Of a stretch of DNA of 64,000 nt, positions 19,456 to 28,381 are shown piece by piece; the stretch's first letter is position 1; the number at the start of each line of letters is the position of its first letter. The notes beneath the pieces were generated by a model. That model was given only the letters and a program-made list of their open reading frames with translations, searched no databases and was not told the origin of the DNA. Source of the DNA: a virus. The stretch spans positions 32,001 through 96,000 of IMG/VR virus record IMGVR_UViG_3300027763_000032. One strand, given 5' to 3'. The position numbers and the translations under genes were made by a program.

Positions 19456-20093
19456 TGAGCGGATTCGATTTTGATTTTACACAAGCTAAGTTTACAGAAA
19501 TTATTGGTAAGAACCCTTACGCAGACCACTGGTTTGGCGCACTGGCTCAAATATTACCAGACTACGATATTAATACAGTACCGCGTGTTGCGGCTTTCCT
19601 AGCGCAGACAGCACACGAGTCAGGCGGCTATCGTGCTATTAAAGAAAACTTAAACTATAAGGCAGCTACCTTACGTAAGATTTTTCCTAAGTATTTTCCA
19701 GACGATGCAACAGCTAACCACTATGCTAGTCTACCTAACAAACAAGAAGCAATTGCTAATAAAGTATATGGCGGACGTATGGGCAATGGTCCAGAAGAGT
19801 CAGGCGATGGCTATCGCTATTGTGGTCGTGGTCTTATCCAGTTAACTGGTAAGGACAACTACACACGTTACGCACAGAGTTTAGAGATTAGTGTAGAAGA
19901 AGCACAAGAACATTTAACAACTTTTGAAGGTTGTGTACAAAGTGCGGCTTGGTTCTGGGAAGCTAATAATTTAAACCAGTGGGCAGACAAAGGCGACATC
20001 CTAACATTAACAAAACGTATCAACGGCGGTACAATTGGATTAGAAGATCGTATCAAGCATTATAATCATGCTTGTCACGTTCTAGGACATTAA
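19455..20093 (+). CDS. Glycoside hydrolase family 19 endolysin
   Basis: FLAQTAHESGG, ENLNY, YCGRGLIQLTGKDNY, TKRINGG. Confidence 0.9.
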   Translation: MSGFDFDFTQAKFTEIIGKNPYADHWFGALAQILPDYDINTVPRVAAFLAQTAHESGGYRAIKENLNYKAATLRKIFPKYFPDDATANHYASLPNKQEAIANKVYGGRMGNGPEESGDGYRYCGRGLIQLTGKDNYTRYAQSLEISVEEAQEHLTTFEGCVQSAAWFWEANNLNQWADKGDILTLTKRINGGTIGLEDRIKHYNHACHVLGH

Positions 20094-20094
20094 T

Positions 20095-20559
20095 ATGTGG
20101 ATGATGAGCTTCGTACCTGATAGTGTTTTACTATATGTTATAAACACAGTATTACTAGTAGGTGCTGTTGGCTCATTCCTCACTTTCTTTGCATTGAATA
20201 GAATCCTTCGTTGGTTCCCTGCTATTTCTCCTTACTATCTTGTTTTACAAATAGTCAGTGCTGTGTTACTAGTAGGTGGCATTTATCTTAAGGGCGGCTA
20301 TGGTGTTGAGATGTCATGGCGTGAGAAAGTAAAAGAAGCAGAAGCCAAAGTGGCTGCTGTTGAAGAACAAAGTAAAGAGATTAATAAGCAGTTAGAGGCC
20401 GAGCGTAAGAAAAAGCAACAGGTAAAAGTTGAATATTACAATACTGTAAAAACTGAAATTAAAGAAGTTGAAAAACTTATCGATGGTAAGTGCGAACTTG
20501 ATCCCAAGGTAAACGAACTACATAACAAGGCAGCAACTAATCCGGAGAAGGCAAAATGA
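20095..20559 (+). CDS. Probable inner-membrane spanin (Rz-like)
   Basis: N-terminal TM segments plus coiled coil, directly after the endolysin. Confidence 0.65.
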   Translation: MWMMSFVPDSVLLYVINTVLLVGAVGSFLTFFALNRILRWFPAISPYYLVLQIVSAVLLVGGIYLKGGYGVEMSWREKVKEAEAKVAAVEEQSKEINKQLEAERKKKQQVKVEYYNTVKTEIKEVEKLIDGKCELDPKVNELHNKAATNPEKAK

Positions 20560-20825
20560 AAAGACTAGTATTGCTACTTCCAGTGATTTTATTAACAGGA
20601 TGTCTAGCAACTGTGCCAGTGGTACCAACTTGGCCTGATGTGCCTAAAGAATTATTAGAAGCATGTCCAGATTTAAAAACAGTAGATCCCACAAACAATA
20701 AACTAACCGCAGTGTTAGATGTTGTTGCAGATAACTACAGCGAGTATTATGGGTGTAAATCTAAAGTAGAAGACTGGATTACTTGGTATAACAGTCAACA
20801 AAAACTTTGGAAAACGCTTAAATAA
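20556..20825 (+). CDS. Probable outer-membrane lipoprotein spanin (Rz1-like)
   Basis: Lipobox LLTGC, Pro-rich segment, Cys residues; follows the i-spanin. Confidence 0.7.
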   Translation: MKRLVLLLPVILLTGCLATVPVVPTWPDVPKELLEACPDLKTVDPTNNKLTAVLDVVADNYSEYYGCKSKVEDWITWYNSQQKLWKTLK

Positions 20826-20846
20826 AGTTAGTACATTAAGGAGCGA

Positions 20847-21146
20847 ATGATGGAAGATAAGAAGTTAGTAAAATGGTTAGCACTACTATTACTACTGCCC
20901 TTGTGTCTGGCAGTTTTTAGCGGTGACAGATATCGCTACCCTTGCCAAGACCCAAACAACTGGGATAAGGATTTTTGTAAAATGCCGGTTTGTGATGTAA
21001 ATAGAACATGCCCGGAACATATTTTTAAAGGGCAACGCGACCCAAGATTAGGACCCCCAAAAGATGGACAAACTCAAGCAACTACTACTCCAGCTCCGCA
21101 AGCGAGTTTTGGACCTACTACACAAGGAGCAAACTGTGGAAAATAA
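20847..21146 (+). CDS. Membrane-anchored Cys-rich periplasmic protein (antiholin-like?)
   Basis: N-terminal TM followed by CQDP...FCKMPVC...TCP. Confidence 0.5.
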   Translation: MMEDKKLVKWLALLLLLPLCLAVFSGDRYRYPCQDPNNWDKDFCKMPVCDVNRTCPEHIFKGQRDPRLGPPKDGQTQATTTPAPQASFGPTTQGANCGK

Positions 21147-21666
21147 TAATGTACCTTTAATATATACTGAAGAGCAGTTAATGGCTCGACTAAAATTCTT
21201 TATCGGCATTTGTCTATCATTGACATTGTTTGGTATTGTATTTGTTGTGTTGTACTCATTGATATTTGTAACGCAACCGTTAAACGCTATCAGTCCAATT
21301 GACCAAAAGTTCTTTGAGTTAATTATTCCTATTGCTACATTCTTAACAGGTACACTAAGTGGTATCATGTTAGCAAGTCCAGGCGATAAAGAAGCACAGA
21401 AGCAGGCATTGACCGCGGCAAATGCAGGTTGGTCTAAGCCGCCGACACCAATTGCACCTACCCCAAGTACGCCAATGAGCGGTGGATTTGGTAGCGCACC
21501 GCTAGGCGGAAATAGTGCAAGTACATTTGGCGGCAACACAAATCAATTTACAGCACCCCCAGCAAGCACAAGTTTTGCGGCACCAGCAAGTTGGGGAACA
21601 ACCCCAATAGCAACAACAGCAAGTGGTAAAGCTATTGTTCCAGACTTACCACAACCAGAACTATAA
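21136..21666 (+). CDS. Two-TM membrane protein with low-complexity tail (holin candidate)
   Basis: SD aaggag then GTG 21136; two hydrophobic helices; P/S/T/G-rich C-terminus. Confidence 0.55.
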   Translation: MENNNVPLIYTEEQLMARLKFFIGICLSLTLFGIVFVVLYSLIFVTQPLNAISPIDQKFFELIIPIATFLTGTLSGIMLASPGDKEAQKQALTAANAGWSKPPTPIAPTPSTPMSGGFGSAPLGGNSASTFGGNTNQFTAPPASTSFAAPASWGTTPIATTASGKAIVPDLPQPEL

Positions 21667-21678
21667 TAGGAGCGAGAC

Positions 21679-21822
21679 ATGTTAGAAACATTATTTTATA
21701 TTTTAATCGGAGCATTCATTGGTTGGAACTTTCCTCAACCACAATATGCAAAAGATATCCAGGCCAAATATTTACAAAAATATATTGATGGCTTAAAATC
21801 AATACTGTTCTTTTGGAAATAA
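21679..21822 (+). CDS. Small membrane protein (47 aa, not in ORF track)
   Basis: aggag SD, MLETLFYILIGAFIGWNFPQP...FFWK stop. Confidence 0.6.
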   Translation: MLETLFYILIGAFIGWNFPQPQYAKDIQAKYLQKYIDGLKSILFFWK

Positions 21823-21824
21823 TT

Positions 21825-22052
21825 ATGAACTGGCTATCGAGTATGTTATCAGACGGCGACAACGGAAGCGTTAGTAGCAAACGAGTAGTTACTCTATTGG
21901 CGTTCATCATGTGCGGCATTGCTTTTATAGTGGACTTGTTCACTGTATACAAAGCAGATCCACATTTATTTGATGCTATGATGTACATAGCTATCGCAGG
22001 GTTAGGATTTACAGCAAGCGAAAAGTTTGCTTCAAAAACACAAGGAAAATAA
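21825..22052 (+). CDS. Two-TM holin-like protein
   Basis: SSKRVVTLLAF... two TM helices, basic C-terminus. Confidence 0.5.
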   Translation: MNWLSSMLSDGDNGSVSSKRVVTLLAFIMCGIAFIVDLFTVYKADPHLFDAMMYIAIAGLGFTASEKFASKTQGK

Positions 22053-22053
22053 A

Positions 22054-22257
22054 ATGAAAAAATTATTAGCATTATTAGCATTATGCGTGGCTAGTACAGC
22101 ATTTGCAGGCGGAGAAATGAAAGAAGTCTGTACAGATAAGAAAGACAAAGCCGGAAAAGTAGTAAACGGCAAGGATGGTAAACCTGTACAAGAGTGTAAA
22201 AAAATCAAAGTTCACAAGAAAGTGGAAGGTGAAAAAGTTCCAGACGGCAAGAAATAA
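22054..22257 (+). CDS. Small secreted Lys-rich protein
   Basis: Signal peptide MKKLLALLALCVASTAFA; two Cys. Confidence 0.65.
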   Translation: MKKLLALLALCVASTAFAGGEMKEVCTDKKDKAGKVVNGKDGKPVQECKKIKVHKKVEGEKVPDGKK

Positions 22258-22265
22258 TATTTCTC

Positions 22266-22294
22266 TTGACATAAGTAAAAAGGTATAGTATAAT
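22266..22294 (+). promoter_or_regulatory. Sigma70-like promoter for dnaJ
   Basis: TTGACA(22266)-17 bp-TATAAT(22289). Confidence 0.8.
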
Positions 22295-22312
22295 GACTAC
22301 TATGCCTTTTTT
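22278..22312 (+). terminator. Imperfect intrinsic terminator overlapping the dnaJ promoter
   Basis: aaaaggtatagt...actatgcctttttt. Confidence 0.55.
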
Positions 22313-22329
22313 CACCAATAAAATAAAAT

Positions 22330-23160
22330 ATGGACTATTATAATGTATTAGGCGTTCCTAGAGGTGCTAGCCCCGAGGACATTAAAAAAGCCTATAGAAA
22401 ACTAGCCGCCGTACATCATCCAGATAGAGGTGGTGATACACAACAGTTTCAACAACTGCAAGAAGCATACGCAACACTCAGTGACGATCAAAAACGTGCA
22501 GAGTACGACAACCCACAACCACAATTTGGCGGGCCTGGTGGATTCCACTTTAATACCGGAAATATGAATGATATTTTTGGAGGTATGTTTGGGGGACCGT
22601 TTGGAGGATTCCAGCAACAGAGAATGATGCGTAAAAATAAATCTATTAACATTACTGTGCAAATGACTCTTAAAGATATTTTACATGGTAAGGATGTTAT
22701 TGGCAGTATTCGATTGCCTTCCGGTAGAGAACAAGCACTTCAACTTAAAATCCCTCGCGGTGTTGCAATGGGAGATAGTATTAGATTCCACGAAATGGGA
22801 GATGATACTCATCCGCAATTACAGCGTGGAGACCTAATTGCTGTTATTCAAGAAATACCGCATCCACAATTTGAACGCAGGGGAGCAGACCTTTACACTA
22901 CTGCTCCAATATCTGTATTTGATACAATGCTAGGAACATCAATTAAGATTCAAACTATAGAAGATTCAACATTAGATATTACTATACCAGTAGGTATCAA
23001 TCCAGGTACTACTATGTCATGCCATCAATATGGATTGCCTATTGGTATGCACGAACATCGACGTGGTAATTTATATGTTAAAATTGATGTTGTTGTCCCA
23101 AAATCAATAGACTATGAAGATACCGAAACATTGAGGCAATTAAAAGCCAAGTACGGTTGA
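22330..23160 (+). CDS. dnaJ: DnaJ/CbpA-type co-chaperone (no Zn finger)
   Basis: J domain with HPD (HHPDRGG), G/F-rich linker, C-terminal substrate-binding domain. Confidence 0.9.
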   Translation: MDYYNVLGVPRGASPEDIKKAYRKLAAVHHPDRGGDTQQFQQLQEAYATLSDDQKRAEYDNPQPQFGGPGGFHFNTGNMNDIFGGMFGGPFGGFQQQRMMRKNKSINITVQMTLKDILHGKDVIGSIRLPSGREQALQLKIPRGVAMGDSIRFHEMGDDTHPQLQRGDLIAVIQEIPHPQFERRGADLYTTAPISVFDTMLGTSIKIQTIEDSTLDITIPVGINPGTTMSCHQYGLPIGMHEHRRGNLYVKIDVVVPKSIDYEDTETLRQLKAKYG

Positions 23161-23184
23161 CAAGTATTTTAATTCGTGTATAAT
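23157..23184 (+). promoter_or_regulatory. Sigma70-like promoter for clpA
   Basis: TTGACA(23157)-16 bp-TATAAT(23179). Confidence 0.7.
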
Positions 23185-23211
23185 TAACTCATCATAACCC
23201 AAGGAAACGTA

Positions 23212-25464
23212 ATGGTAGAACCAAGTGATCAATTACAACAAGTATTTGAAAAAGCAGTTGAAGACTGTAAAAAACTTTCGCATGAATATGTAACACTAGA
23301 ACATTTAGTCTATGCTATGCTATGCGAAGAAAAGTTCTTTGAGCTATTGACAAACTTTGGTGCTGATACATCATATATCAAAACCAATTTAGAACACTAT
23401 TTGAAAAATAATCTTGACGAGATTAAAATTGAAAATGCTTCAAAGGGATTTAAACCCAAGAAAACGCAGACAGTTGAGCGTGTACTTAATCGTGCATTTA
23501 CACAGGTCCTGTTTAGCGGCCGTCAAAGCATAGAGCTAGTTGATGTATTCTTAAGCATCCTTAGTGAGAAGCGTAGCTATGCAGTCTACTATATTAATAA
23601 AGGCGGTATTGAGCGCGATAAGTTTGCTGACTTTGTCAACAACGAACTCAACGAAGAGGAAGAAGATACAGTAGTAGATGCACAAAGCGAAAAAGCTCTG
23701 CGAGCATTTACAACCAATCTTAACGATCAAGTTAAGAAAGCTAAAATTGATCCAGTTATCGGTCGAGTTGAAGAGCTTGAACAGATTGCTCTTGGCTTAG
23801 GTCGTCGTACTAAAAACAATGTATTGCTAGTTGGTGATCCTGGTGTTGGTAAGACTGCCATTGCCGAAGGACTGGCATTTAATATTATTCACGGTCAAGT
23901 TCCAGAATTCTTAAAAGAATATACAGTCTATAACTTAGACATCAGTGCTATGCTTGCTGGTAGCAAGTATCGCGGTGACTTTGAAGAACGTTTTAAACTA
24001 GTTCTCAAAGCATTGGGTACTAAAGGTAAAACTGTTTTGTTCATTGACGAAGCACACATGATCAGTGGTGCCGGTGCTGGCGGTAGTAATAGTAGCAATG
24101 ACCTTGCTAACATGATGAAGCCTGCACTAAGCAAAGGCAACATTAAAGTTGTAGCATCAACTACTTGGGAAGAATATCGCAAGTACTTTGAAAAGGATCG
24201 TGCATTGATGCGTCGATTCCAACGCATTACTATTGACGAGCCTACTCCAGAAATGGCTATTGAGATTCTCAAAGGTATTAAGAAGTACTATGAAAAGCAC
24301 CACAATGCTACTATTACCGATGCCGCAGTTGAGACCGCAGTTAAGTTAAGTGTTAAGTATCTAACTGATCGTAAGTTACCTGATAAAGCTATTGACTTGA
24401 TTGATGTTGCTTGCTCACGCTTTAACATTAAACAAGTCGACAACAGAAATGTTGACGTAGCTGAAATTCAGTTTGAGCTTGCTAAGATGGCCAACCTTCC
24501 TGAAGAAACTGTTAAGGAAAAAGAAAGCGAAAATCTTGCTAGCCTTGAAAAGAATCTTAAAGGCGAAGTATATGGTCAAGACGAAGCTATTACTGAAGTT
24601 GTTGACAAGATCCTTGTTGCACAGGCGGGCCTAAAAGCAGAAAACAAACCTATTGGATCATTTGTGTTTATGGGACCAACTGGTGTTGGTAAGACTGAAG
24701 CCGCAAAACAGTTAGCTAGACAGCTAGGTGTGCCGATGATCCGCTTTGATATGAGTGAGTATCAAGAGAAACATTCAGTAAGCAAGTTGATTGGTAGTCC
24801 TCCTGGCTATGTTGGCTTTGAAGAAAATGCAGGTCAATTGATTACCAAGCTACAAGAACAACCACATTGTGTTCTATTACTTGATGAGATTGAAAAGTCA
24901 CACCCAGATGTGTCAACTATCTTGTTACAGTTAATGGACAATGGTAAAGTTACAGGATCAAATGGTAAAGAAGCCGACTGCCGTAACGTAGTGCTTATCA
25001 TGACTACTAACTTAGGTGCGGCTGATGCTGATCGCAACATTATCGGTTTTGGTAGTCAAGAGAATGATTACGAAGATAAAGAACTTAAGAAGTTCTTTGC
25101 TCCAGAGTTCCGTAATCGTTTAGATGGTATTATTACATTCAGTAAGTTAAGCAAAGAAACAATGATCAAGATTGTTGGCAAGTTCCTAGTAGAACTTAAA
25201 GCACAGGTCAACGATAAGGGCATTACTGTTACTATTAGCAACGAAGCTATTGACTACTTGGTAGAAAAAGGCTTTGATAGCAAAATGGGTGCTAGACCTT
25301 TACAACGTGTTATTGACAAAGACGTTAAGCGTCCATTGTCACGTGAGATGTTGTTTGGTAATCTAAAAGACGGTGGTGCTGTTGAAATTGACGTTAATGA
25401 CTCTGGTATTATATTAAAAGTTAAACAGCATGTATCAGAAGAAAACTACCAAACTGTTCTTTAA
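23212..25464 (+). CDS. clpA: ClpA-like Hsp100 AAA+ unfoldase
   Basis: N domain HEYVTLEHL; AAA1 GDPGVGKT, GSKYRGDFEER, LPDKAIDLID; AAA2 GPTGVGKT, RFDMSEY, GARPL. Confidence 0.9.
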   Translation: MVEPSDQLQQVFEKAVEDCKKLSHEYVTLEHLVYAMLCEEKFFELLTNFGADTSYIKTNLEHYLKNNLDEIKIENASKGFKPKKTQTVERVLNRAFTQVLFSGRQSIELVDVFLSILSEKRSYAVYYINKGGIERDKFADFVNNELNEEEEDTVVDAQSEKALRAFTTNLNDQVKKAKIDPVIGRVEELEQIALGLGRRTKNNVLLVGDPGVGKTAIAEGLAFNIIHGQVPEFLKEYTVYNLDISAMLAGSKYRGDFEERFKLVLKALGTKGKTVLFIDEAHMISGAGAGGSNSSNDLANMMKPALSKGNIKVVASTTWEEYRKYFEKDRALMRRFQRITIDEPTPEMAIEILKGIKKYYEKHHNATITDAAVETAVKLSVKYLTDRKLPDKAIDLIDVACSRFNIKQVDNRNVDVAEIQFELAKMANLPEETVKEKESENLASLEKNLKGEVYGQDEAITEVVDKILVAQAGLKAENKPIGSFVFMGPTGVGKTEAAKQLARQLGVPMIRFDMSEYQEKHSVSKLIGSPPGYVGFEENAGQLITKLQEQPHCVLLLDEIEKSHPDVSTILLQLMDNGKVTGSNGKEADCRNVVLIMTTNLGAADADRNIIGFGSQENDYEDKELKKFFAPEFRNRLDGIITFSKLSKETMIKIVGKFLVELKAQVNDKGITVTISNEAIDYLVEKGFDSKMGARPLQRVIDKDVKRPLSREMLFGNLKDGGAVEIDVNDSGIILKVKQHVSEENYQTVL

Positions 25465-26083
25465 CAAGTACATCTATAAGGTAGCAGTTCGTACCCCGTT
25501 GTCTACACTGTTTAGAGGTAAAAATCTACCAGTCACTAGACAACAGATCGAAGCATTATCTGAACGCTTTAGTAATGCAAGAGTAGCATCGACTAATATA
25601 ACCAACGGCTGGCGTACTAGGCAACAGGCTACATCAGCAGATGTCTTTATTGGTCTGATGCTATTAGATCAACTAGAGTCATTAAGTGATTTTACACTTA
25701 GAGTTGAAAATAGTACGTTAGGATTGTACTGCAATGATCAAGATTTTATTTCAAAAATCACTAATATTAACGATATTGATGTAGAAGAAATTGCAGAGCC
25801 AGAAACTGACGAGATTCGAGAGTATTTGTTATTGAATCCCAAGTCTATTATTCGCGGGGAATATACCCACAAGTATAAAGTAACTATTAATGCATTGTGG
25901 GAGTCTGCTGATAACTTTAAAGAATGGGCTATTAAACTACCTAAAATCAAGACTACTAACAACAGATACCGCTTTGGCGGGCACTTTTATGTAGCAGATG
26001 AGAAGACTTTAAGCCTTTGCCACATCTTTTTAGCTGATAAAATACGCAAAGTAGAACAGCTAGTCACTACAACGGAAATTTAA
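25430..26083 (+). CDS. Hypothetical protein
   Basis: 217-aa ORF filling the gap after clpA. Confidence 0.65.
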   Translation: MYQKKTTKLFFNKYIYKVAVRTPLSTLFRGKNLPVTRQQIEALSERFSNARVASTNITNGWRTRQQATSADVFIGLMLLDQLESLSDFTLRVENSTLGLYCNDQDFISKITNINDIDVEEIAEPETDEIREYLLLNPKSIIRGEYTHKYKVTINALWESADNFKEWAIKLPKIKTTNNRYRFGGHFYVADEKTLSLCHIFLADKIRKVEQLVTTTEI

Positions 26084-26101
26084 CCTAACTTCAAAATAGC
26101 A

Positions 26102-26107
26102 TAAATA
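26102..26107 (+). promoter_or_regulatory. Late promoter core heading the putative head-internal protein cluster
   Basis: caTAAATAc before ATG 26131. Confidence 0.6.
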
Positions 26108-26130
26108 CTCTATAATAAGGTATTTGTGCT

Positions 26131-26475
26131 ATGAGAATGGATGAAGTTACAAACTCAGCGATCAATCTTGAAGAAGTAGACCTACACGACGATCTACACT
26201 TCTTCATGCATAACGATCCTAATTTTTACCGCAAGGTGTTTTTTCCTATGATCAGTAAGGTCAAAGCACACATCAAAGCAGGTAATCGTTGTCACGACGG
26301 AGTTTTTCGTCCCTGTGTAGATAGAGCCGCAGAAGCTTACTGTAAAAAGTTTAATATTCCCGATAATGAAAAGTCAGTGTTTACTGATGTTGACCGCGAC
26401 GAACTAGCCCGTAAGATTTTTGGGCAAGAGAAAGATCGCATTGAACAGGGTGACTATGATGGAGATGACAAATGA
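26131..26475 (+). CDS. Hypothetical protein (MRMDE N-terminus)
   Basis: First gene after the late promoter. Confidence 0.7.
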   Translation: MRMDEVTNSAINLEEVDLHDDLHFFMHNDPNFYRKVFFPMISKVKAHIKAGNRCHDGVFRPCVDRAAEAYCKKFNIPDNEKSVFTDVDRDELARKIFGQEKDRIEQGDYDGDDK

Positions 26476-27233
26476 TTTTATTAGAAGGCGGAAATGTATT
26501 TGCCAACGCAACTCCATTTGACCACAAAGATGTTCCTGCAATACTTAAAACTGTCAACGGAGCACTAGCCGGTACAGGTATTACTGCTATCCCCGTTGGT
26601 TCTGCGGCAACTCCCAAGCCAGGTAAAACTAGCGGAGACATGGACGTTATTGTTGACGAACAGGCAGTACTAAACTACTTCAAAGCCAAAGATGCTAAGG
26701 CAGGCCGTAAGGCACTAAACGATTATATCAGCAGTAAAGGATTAGAAACTGCACAAAGCGGTATTAATGTACACGTAAATGTTCCAGTCGGTGGAGAGTT
26801 TCATCAAGTAGATGTTATGGTATCAGCTAATGCTGAGAAAGTATCTAAGTTTCACACACATGCTATTCCTGATAACAGTCCGTACAAGGGTGTTAACAAA
26901 CAACTGATGATGGCTATACTAGCCAAACAGAAAAACTACATGTGGTCTGCATGGCAAGGATTGTTTAGTCGTACACCAGAAGGTAAGAAAGGCGACCTAG
27001 TTGCCGACAATTTAGATGATGTTGCTAAACACCTATTTGGACCAAATGGTAGTGCTAAAGATTTAGGTAGTGTAGAAAGTATACTTGCGGCTTTGCCAAA
27101 GCAAGAAGCAGATGCATTGTTAGCAAGAGCTAAAGAAGATGCCAACTGGAAAGAAGTGCCAGTCCGTCAAGAAAGTTATCGCATTGGAACTAACGAATGG
27201 TTCCGTCATATGTTGGATAAGGTACAGCTATGA
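26472..27233 (+). CDS. Pol-beta-superfamily nucleotidyltransferase
   Basis: VGS...SGDMDVIVD and a later QVD third acidic residue; MILLE-GG N-terminus. Confidence 0.65.
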   Translation: MILLEGGNVFANATPFDHKDVPAILKTVNGALAGTGITAIPVGSAATPKPGKTSGDMDVIVDEQAVLNYFKAKDAKAGRKALNDYISSKGLETAQSGINVHVNVPVGGEFHQVDVMVSANAEKVSKFHTHAIPDNSPYKGVNKQLMMAILAKQKNYMWSAWQGLFSRTPEGKKGDLVADNLDDVAKHLFGPNGSAKDLGSVESILAALPKQEADALLARAKEDANWKEVPVRQESYRIGTNEWFRHMLDKVQL

Positions 27234-28372
27234 GATTAAGACAACTGTTTAAAGAAGCAGAAGCACCTAAACAGTTAGGTCGCGCATTTAACCACCTAGA
27301 AGATCTAGTTTTCTTTCATGGTACTAAAGGCACACTTGAAGCACTAAGTCATATTAAAGACTTTGCTAGTCAAGAAGGAGCCAATAGTATTCGCATGAAG
27401 TGGGACGGCAATCCACAAATATATTGGGGTCGTGCAGAAGCCAACGGTCCTTTAATACTTGCAGGACATAATGGCTGGAGCAAAGGTGCTGTAACAGATA
27501 GTCCAGAAGCGGTACAAGATTTTATTGCCAACAAGTCGGGAAGTCCCAAGACTCCTGAAGAGAAAGAAGCAAGAGATAAATTTGCCAGCGAGTTTGCTAG
27601 TCTGTATCCCCTGTTTGACAAAGCTACTCCACGAGACTTTGTAGGCTTTGTGTATGCAGATGGTTTGTTCTTACAACAACCTCCAGCAGATAAAGAAGGC
27701 GTATATAACTTTTGTCCCAATAATAAAAGTCAAACGTGTTATCATGTAAGATCCAATAGCGGATTGGGTAAGCGTATTGCTAATGCACAAGTAATGGTAG
27801 TGGGACATGCGTTCTTTCCAGAGTTTGGTATGCCAGATGCTAGTCAAAAGCCTATCAGTGACTTCAGTCAGTTCAATAGTAATCCACAGTTAATTGTTCT
27901 TGGCCCAATATACAACAGCAAGCCTGTTAAAATTGATACTACAGCAGTCGATGCCATTGAGCAGTTTGCACAGGCGCACGGTGGTCAAATGGATGGATTC
28001 CTACAAGGGCTTCCGGGACTAAGCGACCTAAAAAATATTATCTACACTTATGTAAATCAAACTGCCAAAGCAAAACAGTTAGACAGTCTAAGCCCAAAAC
28101 ATTTTACAGATTGGTTAGCTGTATCAAAGACTAGTCCAGGAAAACAACAAAAGATTAATGATCTAGTTGCGGCAAATCCTACTGCACTGGCAACTATCTT
28201 TACATTGGTAAAAAGAATACAGGCAATGAAAGACGACATCATTGATCAAATTGAAGGCGAACAGGGTGAGATATGGGACACAAATGGCGAAGGTCGTGTT
28301 CGATATGCAGATCAAAATAAACAGCTAGGTCACGTTAAACTTGTACCTCGCAAGCGTTGGACGCCGACCTAA
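27230..28372 (+). CDS. ATP-dependent ligase-like adenylyltransferase-fold protein (DUF6267-like)
   Basis: HLEDL, motif I KWDG, motif IV-like GEG, motif V-like VKLV; MRLRQLFKE N-terminus. Confidence 0.55.
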   Translation: MRLRQLFKEAEAPKQLGRAFNHLEDLVFFHGTKGTLEALSHIKDFASQEGANSIRMKWDGNPQIYWGRAEANGPLILAGHNGWSKGAVTDSPEAVQDFIANKSGSPKTPEEKEARDKFASEFASLYPLFDKATPRDFVGFVYADGLFLQQPPADKEGVYNFCPNNKSQTCYHVRSNSGLGKRIANAQVMVVGHAFFPEFGMPDASQKPISDFSQFNSNPQLIVLGPIYNSKPVKIDTTAVDAIEQFAQAHGGQMDGFLQGLPGLSDLKNIIYTYVNQTAKAKQLDSLSPKHFTDWLAVSKTSPGKQQKINDLVAANPTALATIFTLVKRIQAMKDDIIDQIEGEQGEIWDTNGEGRVRYADQNKQLGHVKLVPRKRWTPT

Positions 28373-28381
28373 GGACTTATT

